DNA of 63,939 nt, counting the filler, from Reticulomyxa filosa (Eukaryota; Protista; Foraminifera), in assembly GCA_000512085.1 (NCBI GenBank). It is 18 parts of 18 records of this genome, joined end to end, with 100 filler letters (N's around TTAATTAATTAA, not from the genome) between each part and the next. Parts side by side here need not be neighbours in the genome. Positions count along the whole stretch, not along the records: positions 29,061 to 38,493 come from ASPP01005556.1; positions 38,594 to 44,632 come from ASPP01005858.1; positions 44,733 to 45,845 come from ASPP01017540.1; positions 45,946 to 48,971 come from ASPP01026425.1; 14 more parts are not named here. One strand, written 5' to 3'. This document shows, in pieces, positions 34,465 to 47,266 of the stretch. Under the pieces are notes generated by a model. The model was given only the letters and a program-made list of their open reading frames with translations, was not told the DNA's origin and did not search any database. A program made the translations under genes and the position numbers. Numbering within the stretch: the stretch's first letter is position 1; every line of letters begins with the position of its first letter.

Positions 34465-36324
34465 ATGCAACAATCAATAGATAGCAGTGTTGAAATAACG
34501 GTTGGACATTGCTGTAAGCAAGGTGTACGACCAACTATGGAGGTACGTAGGAACATTCTGTTTGCTTGCATTGTTTCTTTGATATCCGTGCGTATACGTG
34601 TTTCGTTCCCAGCAATTTCACTGTTTCAAGTGAAAGGAGCAACGAAAGCGCAAGAAAAAATTACAACTACAGGCACTTAGAACTTCCACTAACAAAAACA
34701 AAAGGACGAAGTAGTGATGAATCTAAAATTTTCAATAAAACCAACAAAATTTTGCAGTGGTCAAATGGCATTATTTTGTGTGTTCGGTATGACTTTGTGT
34801 TGACTGTAACAAATCGATAACAAGAGTGATATTACAATATACAATACATATGTACATAAGTGTATGTATACATATACATACATATATATATATATATATA
34901 TATGCATATGCATATGCATATGCATATATAAATGAAGATGGACATGGCGGTTCTCAATGTGCGACTTACTTATCAAAAAAGATCTCATTGATGTTAGAGA
35001 AACACATCGGAAGTAGTGAAGGCATGAACGAAGCGTTGGAAAAAACGACGAAAGAGTTGGACGAATCGGCGATGGAAGAGTGTCAGGATGGAAGCGGTAG
35101 CACAGGGGTGATCGTGATAATGGATAGACAATGGAACAACTTGTGGTGTTGCAATGTCGGCGATAGTCGTTGCATTTTGATCAAAGAAGACGGACAGGTA
35201 TCACAATTGTCTATCGAACACAAGCCCATTGAACCGAGCGAACGGAAGCGAATCGAAGACGCTGAAGGATGGATCGCCTTTGGCCGAGTGATGGGGATTC
35301 TCGGCGTTTCAAGATCGTTTGGAGACAAAGAGTTCAAAACACATTTGAAGAACTTGGTTATTTCCACGCCATCGATTACTCATCACCTTTTGCAAGGTTT
35401 GATATTTGAAACAGAACAAATGAGAGTGTGTAAGGTTTTTTGTTTTTTGTATACATATAGTTATGCACATATATATATATATATCCATATGCATATGCAT
35501 ATGCATATGCATATGCAGGAATACATTTCCAATGTAATTTTTTTTTTTGGGAATGTTTTAGCTCAGGACCAATTTATTGTTTGCGCATGCGACGGATTAT
35601 TCGATGTTTTTAGCAACGAAGAGGTTGCCAAATTTATTCAAAAGGAACCACAAAAGCTCTCTGCTTTGTCATTGGATAAAGTTAATATATATATGTATAC
35701 GTATGTATGTACACACATACCGTGGACATATATAAATGTATATGTATATGTATATGTGTATATAACATAAATATATATTATATATACACATATGCATATG
35801 TATGTTTATGATATAAACTGAATAACGAAAATTAGATGTCAGATGAATTAGTGACAGATGCAATAAAAAATCGAAGATCAAAAGATAATGTATCAACAAT
35901 AGTGCTGCGATTAGCGGTACGCCCTCCGATTACCCCATCCGAAGGCAAATTGCAAACGATAAAAGTAACTTCGAATGACAGTGGCAAAAGTGAAGAGGTG
36001 AAAGGCGAAGGGGAAAATGAGTCAGTCCACAGATACAGCAATGTTGACAATTCTGAACCGATCCCTGTCGTAATGAGCAGCAGGCCACGGGTGACTGTCT
36101 ACACTCACGAACGTGAGGCCAACCGACAAAACATTGCGACTGGATTCATCATCGACGATGTCCCTCTTTCTCCTAGTGCCCTGGACTTTTCCGCTAGTAT
36201 TCCTGTGGGCAGGTCCGTCAGCATCAGCGTGACCGAAGACAATTCTGCACATGGTCATGACCGTGATCATGGTCACAATGATAAGGACTATTCAAATAAC
36301 GGACTTGGTTTAAAGGTCACTTGA
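34465..36324 (+). CDS. Protein phosphatase 2C (PPM family), multi-exon
   Basis: Spliced motifs QGVRPTME|D, ALFCVF|DGHGG, GSTGV, NVGDSRCIL, EHKP..ERKRIE, GRVMGILGVSRSFGD, FIVCACDGLFDV, SKDNVSTIV. GT..AG introns. Possible alternative start at 34318. Confidence 0.95.
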
Positions 36325-37410
36325 TTCGACTCTTCATTTCATTTTATTAAACTATACGATACTATAAAGGCCATGTAAGACATGTATACAAAAAAAAAAA
36401 AAAAAAGACAGTGTTATAATAAAATTCCACTGAATGTATAAATATAACGCACAATGATCAATAAATAAAAAAAAAGGGGACACTAAACAAACAACGACCA
36501 AACACCACATACTCTGTTTTTTCCGATTGAATTAGCTTTAATGATGAAGATACAAAATAAATTCAATGTTTTATAGTGAACATGCAAAGCTTAAAAACTT
36601 TGTCAAGACAAAACCACGGCCAGTCCGAAATATTGACAAAGAGCCAGCTTTTCCCATTTTTCATGTTACTTAATTCATGGACTTTCGTAACTTGTCATTT
36701 GTTTGGTTATTTTCTTTTTTTTTATTGCTTGTGCGGAAGTCAAAATAGTAACACGAGGATGTTTGAGTACAATTGTTGTTTTTTCCTATTAAGAAAGATA
36801 AAACTGATTTTTTCTGTTTCTTTTTATTTTCTGCATTAACAAAAAAAGTCACAAAAATGTGATATCACTTTTATCAAACCTATATATTTGTGTTGTTTTT
36901 CTTTCCCTTTGAAAAAATAGAAGAAGTTTTTTAATAAAAGATTGCATGTTGTATATGAACTTTCTACATTACAATGTGCAAAAACATCTTGGTGAAAAGG
37001 TAAACTAAAAGTAGCCATACTACTTTTCTTTTGAATGCAATCATAAAGAATCATGATTTGGAAGAGAAAGTATTAAAGTGATTCTTGGAAAAAATTATTT
37101 TTAACGATCGGCTTACCAAACACAACCCAGGTTCCAGAAATAGCAAACTATTTCCTAAAGTAAAATTATTCCTCTTCCCCTCTCCCCCGATAAATGAGAG
37201 AGAAAGTTACTTCTGTTCTCGCCGCATGCAAAAATTGAGCACAGCAGCAACAAAAGGAAACCATGAAATTTTCCACCCAAAAGAATAAAAAACACTTTCA
37301 GTACTCGATTTAGGGAGACTTCAAGTGTTTTATTTGATCTTTTTATACGTTCGGATAATTAGTTTCGATGATGCAATTTAATTAACCCTTCAATTTTTTT
37401 TTTCGTATTA

Positions 37411-38393
37411 TCATAAGAATCCTTCTAAGGGCAAATGATTTTGATACATTCGTGTGAATGTTTCATACAACGTGATATTCATAGCAGTGTTTGGCATGAC
37501 AAACGCCACACGTGCGCCAACTCCAGCAAACAAAGACTGCTTACTTTCTTGGGTTAGTAATTTTCCCAATCCGTGTAATATGTTGCGATATCCAAAGTGA
37601 TAAATACCCCCCCTTTATTCAAAAAATTGGGAAGGGAAGAAGCAATAACCCAATTAATTTTCCATTTTTATAGTATATTTTTATATGTACACATATACTT
37701 CGTATTCACGTTTACAATGATAAAAAAAAAAAAAAAAGAGGATACATACCTTTGCACCTGCATTCGCACTTTGATAGTGTCCAAAGGATTAGTCAGAAAT
37801 CCAGCGATCCCACCAGCAACACTTGAACATAGTGCCATCGCCGGTGTTGAAAATTGTTTTGGATCCACATCTATTTTTTTTTTTTAATGAGCATATAGAG
37901 TGCAACATAGTACTGGAGAGGGAGGAGAGAGGAAAATGTGACAAAAAAAAAAAAAAAATTGTTTCTTTTTTACATTTTAACCATAAGTTTGACAATACAG
38001 TTTCTTAAATCTTTCATAAAGCGCGAGACTGATGGCACTGTAAGGACCAAAGGAAGCCAAAGTTGCGCCATAGGCCCGAAACAACCCTGTGATCCCTTCT
38101 TTTTCTAACATCACTTGAACAGCATGTCGTACATTGCGATACCGAACATGAGGTTCCACATTAGATTGCACTTGCATGCGCTCCTTAATAATGTCCATTG
38201 GAACAAACAATATGCAACTTACTGTCTCTGCAATAAACCCCGATGCAAGATCCACCAAAGAAGGCTTGCTGCTCCACCACTCGTCTTTCTTCAGTGTACG
38301 TCGTGAGTATTCGTACGTGGTAAAATATAACCCTATAGCCGGGATTGACGTCGCTACGGCCACCAAAAAGCCTCTATATAATCCTACAATTCC
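37411..38393 (-). CDS. Mitochondrial carrier family (SLC25) protein, 5' truncated, multi-exon
   Basis: Carrier signatures PMDIIKERMQ and PLDTIKVRMQ, plus GIVGLYRG, EGITGLFR and LFAGVGARV..P. Ends ..NHLPLEGFL* at 37411. Confidence 0.93.
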
Positions 38394-38596
38394 CTTTTTA
38401 TTGATACATATACATATACATCACGACATTTCTAATTGACAAATACCTTTGACTTTTTTTTTAAAAATTGTCTCCCTATTTTTCTCTTCTGAANNNNNNN
38501 NNNNNNNNNNNNNNNNNNNNNNNNNNNNNNNNNNNNNTTAATTAATTAANNNNNNNNNNNNNNNNNNNNNNNNNNNNNNNNNNNNNNNNNNNNGAG

Positions 38597-38633
<37 letters not shown>

Positions 38634-38669
38634 GTGGAGAAACAAAAAAAAGTTTTAAAAAAAGTATAC

Positions 38670-39748
38670 GTACCAGCTACTTTAGACACGATTTGTTTGT
38701 TTATTGTACTTTATATATATATAATAAATAAAAAAAAAAGTAGTGATGACAACTCATGTTACACACCCAATTGTTGCCATATTGCCGATAAAAAGGAGAC
38801 TCAGCGTCAAGTAAATGAAAAATCATTTCTGTTCCCATTTCGGAATCATCTTCCACCATAGGAGTTGCAATGCGTATCAATAGCCGTGCAATCCGTTGTA
38901 TCTCATCAGCCATGTCAAAATCAATTTCAAAAAATCTTTGTGTATGTGTGTTATGTGGATGTAATTAATTGATCAATATGATGGTTTGCAAGTAGTAATG
39001 GTAAACAAAAAAAAAAATAAATAAATAAATAAATAAAAAAAAATGATAAATATAAACGAGCTATTGAGCCGTTGCTGTTTTTCTTTGCTCTTCTCTTTTC
39101 TTCTCAATCCTCACAAAAATCAAATAGCAATAATAATAAAACCCAAAAAAAAAAAAAAAAAAGTTTGGGGATTTAGGGATTGGAAAATGAGAAAGAAGCA
39201 AAGAAAAGGAGACAGGAAGAAAATGGACAAAGGAGATGTTGCATATGTATTTGAAAAGGTGAGATCACTTAAACGAATATTGTCTCTTCAATAAAAATGT
39301 ACTGGCACTGTGCAACAGGTTTTGTTTTATGAACTCATATTCTTCATTTGAATACTCTTTTTTAATATACTTTTCAAGTATGCCACCTAAGTCGCCGAGT
39401 GCAGGTTTAATGTTCTCTTGTTCTACATCACACAAGTCCAGAGATATTGATCTGTGCATGAGAAGACTCATGTATACGTACATGTGAAATTTTGAAACAT
39501 TCCCTCCCGTTGTAAAATGAGGTTATTTTTATTTAAAAATTTCTGTCACAATTGAGACAAAAGAAAATATTTTGACGGTTTTGTGTTTGTTTTTCCTTTA
39601 AGAGGAAGGGGAGGGGCAACAAACAACTCAAAGAAATAAGATAAAACGTTGTCGTACCATTTCGAAGAGTACTGATAATCCGCTTGCAAAGGGCTTGCAA
39701 CTGCTCCAGCGCAGTTGGTTCATTTTGCTGGGTGTTATTACTTGACAT
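38670..39748 (-). CDS. Hypothetical helical protein N-terminus, multi-exon, divergent from MRE11
   Basis: Exons in ORFs 39533-39757, 39265-39483 and 38701-38913, separated by AT-rich introns. Runs off the contig. Confidence 0.5.
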
Positions 39749-40151
39749 TCCAATCACACTTAAATTACGAGACGCCCAAAATCAATATCTCTGCTAGAGT
39801 AGCTGCGAATGATCTTGGTGTTTATTTTTATTTATTTCTTTTTTTGATTGGAAAGGTATATTCGTAGAGCTACATTAAAAAAACTCCAAACACTGGCAGT
39901 TGAAAATTTTTCTCCAGTTATTCCAGATTTATAATATTGTCTTATTCTAGCACAATCCTTTTTATATTTCTGTCTGAAAGTAAAATGATCAGCTTTAATT
40001 CAAAAACAGTCGATAAACAGTGAATAATAAACTATTATTGTCAGAAGTGGGCTGTTTTGAGTATTTTATTGCTGTGAGGACGATAAGTACCAGAAGATTA
40101 AGTGATCTGTTTTAAAGGCACAAAGTTCATTGTCTCTTTTTTTATGCAAAA

Positions 40152-42652
40152 ATGGATAATGATCAAGAGATTAAACTTGATCCCTACCCGAAGCCAGATA
40201 CATTCCGCATTTTAATTGTGACAGATACCCATCTTGGCCACTTGGAAAATGACCCAATTCGTAGATATGACTCTTTCAGGGCGTTTGACGAAGCGCTAAG
40301 TATCGGACAAAAATATAATGTGGATTTTGTATTGCATGGAGGGGATTTGTTTGATAAAAATTGTCCATCACGTTTTACATTTGTAAAAACGACACAAATA
40401 TTGCGAAAGTATTGTCTTGTCGACAAGCCAGTGCATTTTAAAATTGTGAGTGATCAAAAGCGAAACTTTGTTCCGAATGGGTGCGTGAATTTCGAGAGCC
40501 CGAACATGAATGTGGGAATGCCTATTTTCGTAATCCACGGGAACCATGATGATCCAAGCGGTCTCGGAAACCACACAGCATTGGAGCAATTGAGTGCCGC
40601 TGATTTGATTAATTACTTTGGAAAAGTGGACGATTTAGAGAATATTGAGATCGTTCCTGTTCTAATGGAAAAAGGTCCTTTTTTTTTTTTTTTTCGTTCT
40701 TACACTTAAGTTGTTTTTTTTTTTTTTTGTCAACCAATCAAAAAACTTGAAGATTAAAATAAAAATAAAAAAAAGAAAACTGAAAAAGCGATCAAAAAGT
40801 TCGATTTGTTTGTTTATGGATTTTTGACAAGGAAGCAGTAAACTGGCAATCTATGGCTTGGGCCACATTCACGACGAGAGATTATACCGAGCGTTTTTGC
40901 ATAAAAAAGTGAAATGGGTCTGTCCGAAGAGTTCAGAGAACAATGATTGGTTCAACATTTGTATGTTGCATCAAAACCGAACAAACCACACATCTCAATA
41001 CAAAAACTACCTACCGGTGGATTTTTTGCCAGCGTTTCTCGACATTTTGTATTGGGCACACGAGCATGAATGTTTGATTGAGCTTGCAAACATTGGAGAA
41101 TTTTACGTTACCCAGCCAGGTTCCACTGTGGTGACCAGTCTGTGTCCAGCCGAGGCTGTGCCAAAGTTATGACTTGTTTTTTTGAATTGTTCTTTTTTTA
41201 TTGTTTACTTGAAACAAATAATGATTTGAACTCGACTCGAATTGGAGTCTTTTTGAATGAATATGAAAACAATATATGATCGATAAGACACGTCGGGATA
41301 TTGGAAATCCGAGGCGACGCGTGTCATTTGGTTCCGATTCGTCTGAAAAGTGCTCGTCCTTTTTTGTTTGGAGACCTACGTCTAAGTGACCGCTTTGAAC
41401 TAAATCTAGCCGTGGACGACCTATACGATTTTGTGTCGGCCAAAATCTACGAAATGATCGAGGAAGCTTCCAGATATAATTCGAAGAAAGAAGAACGTGA
41501 ATTGACCGATGATCTGCATCTGTCGATTGTCACCAATTACGAAAAACCTTCCAACTCAAACCACGCAACGGACGATGTCAAAGACGCTCGCTCCATGCAA
41601 GTGAAAGACATGTGTCAATTGCCATTGATACGTCTGCGCGTCGACCACACCGGCTTCGCCAAGCTGCACACCACTACATTCGCACAGAAATTTGCCAATC
41701 TCGTGGCAAATCCAAGCGATTTGCTATTGCTCCAGCAAACGAGAAGGAAAAAGCAATCCGAACCTACTGGAAATTTATTTGGATTGGGTTTGGATTTGGA
41801 TATTGTCCCCACCCAACCCATGATTGACATTGTTACGGAACGACTGAAGGTGTGCTTATTTAATGTTTTTGTTTCTTCTTTTTCAATGGCATTGTGTGTT
41901 CTCTCTCCACTTGATGCGTGCATTACAAGGAATTGGACGATATGTTGACAATCTTTGCAGAAGGCGACTTTTTGAAAAATGTTGAAAAATTCGTTCAAAG
42001 CGAAGACGCAGATGCCATTGAAAACTTTTGCAACACCAACCTGAAACATATCCAAGAACATTTGATCGGACATGGCGTTGACGCCAATTCGGAAACTATT
42101 TATGAACAATGCAAGGAACTTACAAATCAGCGCAGGCTGTTCATCGCAAATGAAAAAAAATCCAATCTTATTTTTCCTGAAGAACAAGATCAAAGCCAGT
42201 TTGAAAAGGACAACATGGATTACTCATTCAAAGAGGATAATGAAATTCTTTCACACAAAAATCACAAAAAAAAAGAAAAAGCTGAAACAAATACTGCCAT
42301 TGGTTTGTTTTGTCATTTCTTTCTACACAATATTCTAATAAATAAATAATGAGGTCATTATAATTTTATTCCATGAAAATTATGTGCATCTTTTGTTTGT
42401 TGTGGAAACACAGAAGAACATATGGAATACTCGGACAAACCGAAATCGAAAAAAAAAGCAATGCACTCCATAACAGACGCAGAGAAGCCACGAAATAACA
42501 TCATACCAACAAGACACAACCCCATAACCATTGAAGACTCAGATGAAGATATTGAGACTAAACCTCGGTCCACACAACTGAGCAATGTCACAAGATCTGA
42601 ACGCTCACGCCGTCATGGCAATATTGAACGCAAAGACTTGAATTGGGGTTAA
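40152..42652 (+). CDS. MRE11: Double-strand break repair nuclease MRE11, multi-exon
   Basis: Phosphoesterase motifs ILIVTDTHLG, GGDLFD, IHGNHDDP, LHQNR and WAHEHEC; also YVTQPGS, KLAIYGLGHIHDERL, LPLIRLRVD and VANPSD. First intron 40675-40831 is GT..AG. Confidence 0.97.
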
Positions 42653-43433
42653 AGATGCAGTCTTCTAAATTATGTTCTTTTGTCACAGCAGCTTTCGGCA
42701 TTGTCAACACTTTTTTAAAATTAGAAAGATGAATTTGATCATCAATCTTATTGTTTTGCACATGTAACAAAACTCTCTTCAACTTCTCTTCGGAGTTTTT
42801 AATTCCTGTAATAACGAACGAATGACAGTGCATACATTTTGCATTAGTTTGAGTTTTCTGATTTACTTAAGCTATTATGTTGTTTTCTTTAAGTTTAAAA
42901 AAATTAAATAAAAATTGTCTTTACACGATGAAAAAGACTAATAATTTTTAACTTCTTCATAAAAAGAATATACGATACAGTCCATACTCGAACAATATCT
43001 TTATGTGTATTGGAAAGTAGTGCTATAACTACATAAATAGTAACTACTTATAGGCATATTTCTTTACTAGACCAATAGCTTTATTGAATTTAATGAACAC
43101 TTCGCACCACCAAGCTACTGTATCATTTTTTGTCATTTATAATCAATTTTGTATACGAACAATTCTTAATTTTTTAATAATATGATATAATTGATCAATT
43201 TACATTTGGATGATCGGATGTTTCAAACAGCAACAAAGTCAAAGCTTATGCTACGAGAGAAAGTTGAGTTTTTTCCGATTTATAAAAAATTTTCAAACAA
43301 ATGCCAAATTATTAAAAAACAATGCCTACAACAAAAGGAAAAAAAACAAGCACAACAATCTATAATCTTTATATATTTTTAAATGTATCATTCCTTTTTC
43401 CACCCTCTCTTGTTGCATTTTCCTTGTTCATAA

Positions 43434-44590
43434 CTAATAAAAATCTAAAGTTCCAGACACGTTCCCTTGCGGGTTTCGATTGGGTGCACTTTGCGTGGGG
43501 ACGTTACGAGTATTGGATTGTGCAACTACATTTTTTGTATTTGAGGCTAATGATGCATTTTTATTGGAAACGGAGTCATCAAAAAACGTGAACAAATTGT
43601 TTTGGGCTGTGTTGTTGCTTGTAGTGTTTTGCAGTGAGTCCAACCAATTGTCAGAATCTCCAAGTTTCAGGTTATCAAGAGCGTTGTCAAGGTTGAGGAT
43701 TTTGGAAAAACATTTGGCGTACATTACATACATGAATATAAATAAATATAAGAAAGGTGGTACACAATAGAAAGGAAAAAAAAATACATATACACATACA
43801 TATAATTAGATTTAATATCAAAATTATATTTTGTATGTTTTTTTTACAATTTATCCTAATGAAAAAAGAAATACCTTTGCCAGTGTTATTAGAAGAGAAT
43901 TGAGTATTATTGTTATTATTATTGTTATTATTATTGCTATTGTTATTGTTATTGTAAGTGGTCCCAAACAACTCTCCCAAGAAATCTCTTTCCTTACTTT
44001 CTTCTGAAGCCAGAGTGTGTTTGTTTGTTTTATTTTCGTTTGTGTTGTCTTTCTGACGACCATGAGCAGAGGTTTTGGCTTGCGTGCTTTTTGCATTTGC
44101 CTTGCCGCTGTTTGTAATGCGGTTGTCCTCCATGTCGAACACGGCCCATTCGTCTTCGTCTTTCTTTTGCTTTTTGTTCTGCTTGTGATGGTCTGTTTCG
44201 TGTTCATTTTCACTTTCATCCGAACTTTTTTTCTTTTTTCTTTTGTTTTTTTTTTCTTCCTTCTTTTTCTTTTTTTTCTCGTCTTCATCATCTTCATCTT
44301 CTTCTTCATTCTCGTCGTCATCGCTGTCTTGTTGTTTCTTATCTCGCTTTTTCTTTTTTTTCTGTTTATCTTGTTTATCAGGACTTGTGTCATTTGCGTC
44401 AATATACTCATTCAACTTCTCCACAAGTGATTCGGATAGGACATCGAAATTGGGAGAAAATGATTCCTCGATTATGTTCAGACGAACACATCGTTCGAAC
44501 CACTCCTTGTAGGCTTTGTTCAGTGTGAAGTAGCGATCACACATGCGACTTGTCCATTTTGCTTGTTCCAATGTAAGCTTTTGAAATGAA
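43434..44590 (-). CDS. ANTH-domain-like clathrin adaptor, 3' part
   Basis: FQKLTLEQAKWTSRMCDRYFTLNKAYKEWFERC...PNFDVLSESLVEKLNEYI resembles the last ANTH helices. A disordered tail follows, with EWAVFD, DFLGELF and NLFTFFDD motifs. Confidence 0.5.
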
Positions 44591-44629
<39 letters not shown>

Positions 44630-44898
44630 AAANNNNNNNNNNNNNNNNNNNNNNNNNNNNNNNNNNNNNNNNNNNNTTAATTAATTAANNNNNNNNNNNN
44701 NNNNNNNNNNNNNNNNNNNNNNNNNNNNNNNNTTGAAGAAGACTTGCTGATGTATCTTTAAGGTAGCAATCCCAAGGATTTAACCATATACAGTTATTTT
44801 CGTAATTGGCATGCGGTTTACTCTGGAAGATATGCTACGGTATTTTTAAAAGAGAAACCTAAAAGTGTTTAAAAATTAAGGGATCAGCAAGATTAAAA

Positions 44899-45531
44899 TT
44901 ACATATTAATTTTGAGCAACCACATAAATAATCCGTATGATAAGGGTATGGAAATATTATCATCTACTCTTAATTTTTCTGAAAATAACTCTACTAATGT
45001 GGTCAAACCACAAGCTATGAGTGCTTGAATAATGAATAAGTGATCATTGGTATTGAAAATTTTTATTGTTGTATAAATTGTAATTACAACAGCTGATAAA
45101 AAAAAGCTTAAACTACCTTCTAAGCTTTTATTGAAGATTCTTCTTTTGCCACAAGCTTTTCCAACGATAGCAGCCAATGAATCGGATATTGCTAAAATTA
45201 AAAAACTCAATACAAAAATTTCTTTATCAAATATATGGCTGCAAATCCATACAGATAGCAATAGATAACTTGCTCCGCTTAAACGATTTGATTCGTGGGA
45301 GCGAAAAAGGTATTCTATATAGCTATATTTTAAAAGTAATTTCATATAACTCCCTACAAAACTCTTGCTTATTCGTAAGAGGTCAAATGTTAAAAAAGAA
45401 ATAAATAAATATAAAAATACTTTTTGGCTTAACTGCTTATCACTATAGTAGAAAAAAATGGGAATCCATATCGAAGTAAAATGTATTAATTTTCTGTTAA
45501 TTTCATTTGTATATCCTGTGCTAATGCCCAT
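44899..45531 (-). CDS. CTP-dependent lipid kinase, SEC59/DGK1/VTE5 (dolichol/diacylglycerol/phytol kinase) family, probably bacterial
   Basis: Intronless multi-TM ORF with RKLIH, HESNRLSGASY, ILAISDSLAAIVGK, KSLEGS and DDNISIP. First ATG is at 45531 (the track's start at 45612 is a TTG). Confidence 0.85.
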   Translation of the reverse strand: MGISTGYTNEINRKLIHFTSIWIPIFFYYSDKQLSQKVFLYLFISFLTFDLLRISKSFVGSYMKLLLKYSYIEYLFRSHESNRLSGASYLLLSVWICSHIFDKEIFVLSFLILAISDSLAAIVGKACGKRRIFNKSLEGSLSFFLSAVVITIYTTIKIFNTNDHLFIIQALIACGLTTLVELFSEKLRVDDNISIPLSYGLFMWLLKINM

Positions 45532-46379
45532 AAATACTAAGTTTATAAAGTTGTTTGTATATCGATTCGATGTTATAATAATATTATTAAGGCTTTTACT
45601 TAATTTATGCAAAGTTTAATTTATATTGTGCCGCTAATTGTAGGATTTGGAATTGTATTCTTAATTGCAATCGTAAGTTTTTTTGTACAACGTTCAGAAA
45701 ATAAAAAGATACAGAGAGTCTTTACCTAAAGATAGATATGATTTTTGCTTGAAAATAGCTAAACGTGACATCTTGTGTTAAAGCACACCACATTTTTATA
45801 GTTACATTTACCATTTCTTCTGATTTTGAAACTACTTTTGTTTTCNNNNNNNNNNNNNNNNNNNNNNNNNNNNNNNNNNNNNNNNNNNNTTAATTAATTA
45901 ANNNNNNNNNNNNNNNNNNNNNNNNNNNNNNNNNNNNNNNNNNNNATGTACATATATGTATATGTATCTGTTAGCGTTACGACAACAATACAGCTAACTA
46001 ACTCTTGCTTTGGTCTTTTCTTTTTACATACTTTGGTTAAATAACAGTTTGCATGCAATAAAACGTCAAAGTGGTGGCAAAGAAGGACTTAAAGAGGCTA
46101 CCAATTTGGTATGCCGAATTGATCTTCAAACACATGTGTCACTGCATTTGCATGTGAGGCATATGTGACCTTAGAACAAGCCGCCAAAGAAAATCAAGCT
46201 ACTTATTTTGAAGTTGAGCATTACAAAAAAAAAAAGATAATAAGACAAATCAAATGGACACCGTAACATATATAAGTCCCCTTACACACATACATACATA
46301 CACTTCAATTGCATATTATATACATACGTATACATTATCTGTTTTATTTATTACTAATGTATACATTATGTATGTATAT

Positions 46380-47266
46380 GAATACCAGACAGTAAATGAT
46401 TACGTCTTGGCTCATGAAAGTGAAAGAGATATCAATTTAGCAGAATTGAATACAAATATGGCCAAGCTAGGAATTGACGTGTATGGTAATTTGGCCTCTT
46501 TCAATTCTTCTTCTTCTTCTGAGCTGCAATCCCAACCCAAATATCAGCACCAATCGCAAACACAGTCACAATCACAATCACAACAATATCAATCTCAATT
46601 CTCCAACTTCAATCACAATTTTCAGTCAGCCCGAGTGCGCCATTCTACAATGCGACTGCACCATCATTTAACCCAAGCTATGCACCCCCTCGGCAATGGA
46701 GTGGTCAACAACAATGCCAGCAACTTCCACAGTACTATTCAGGCCAATGTCTTTTTTCTTTTGTGTGTTATGTTTTCCTAAAACAGCCTCAACACATTAA
46801 AGTAAATGATCTTTTTGAATATTGATTTTTACAAATAGGCACCCCCCCGTTTATGGAGGACAACCTCCTCCACAATATGGACAATACCCATATGGCTATC
46901 CACCTCAACCAAATGCTCAACATTATGGATATGCTTCTTATTATGGACAACCAATCACACATACCCGAATTTCATTGATTCCTCGTGAATTCTGGCCTGA
47001 TTTGTGGCGTGTACAGAGACATGCGATCCTTGACACACTCAAAGTTCATGGATTCACTGATTCTTCGCTCGTGGCCGTCGTTGACCTTATGTTGCCATTG
47101 TTGGTACTGCTTTTTATCTTTGTCTTTGTCATTTTCATTTCCCTTTTTTTCGGGTGATAACAATACGTTTTCTTTCGTTGATTTGTTATCTGTTTTTTCC
47201 AAGGTTTTGCTGGGCCACTCGATGATCTATTTGCATTTGCATTTGCGTCAAGTAGTATTTTTCTGA
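46380..47266 (+). CDS. Hypothetical spliced protein with Q/S-rich and P/Y/G/Q-rich low-complexity segments, 3' part
   Basis: Coding parts of ORFs 46254-46781 and 46822-47157, separated by short introns. Confidence 0.4.

Noticed and set aside
745-42652. sbcC (Rad50 homologue) and MRE11 in one window as an Mre11-Rad50 system
   Set aside because: They are on different contigs from different domains of life, so co-occurrence is a concatenation accident.
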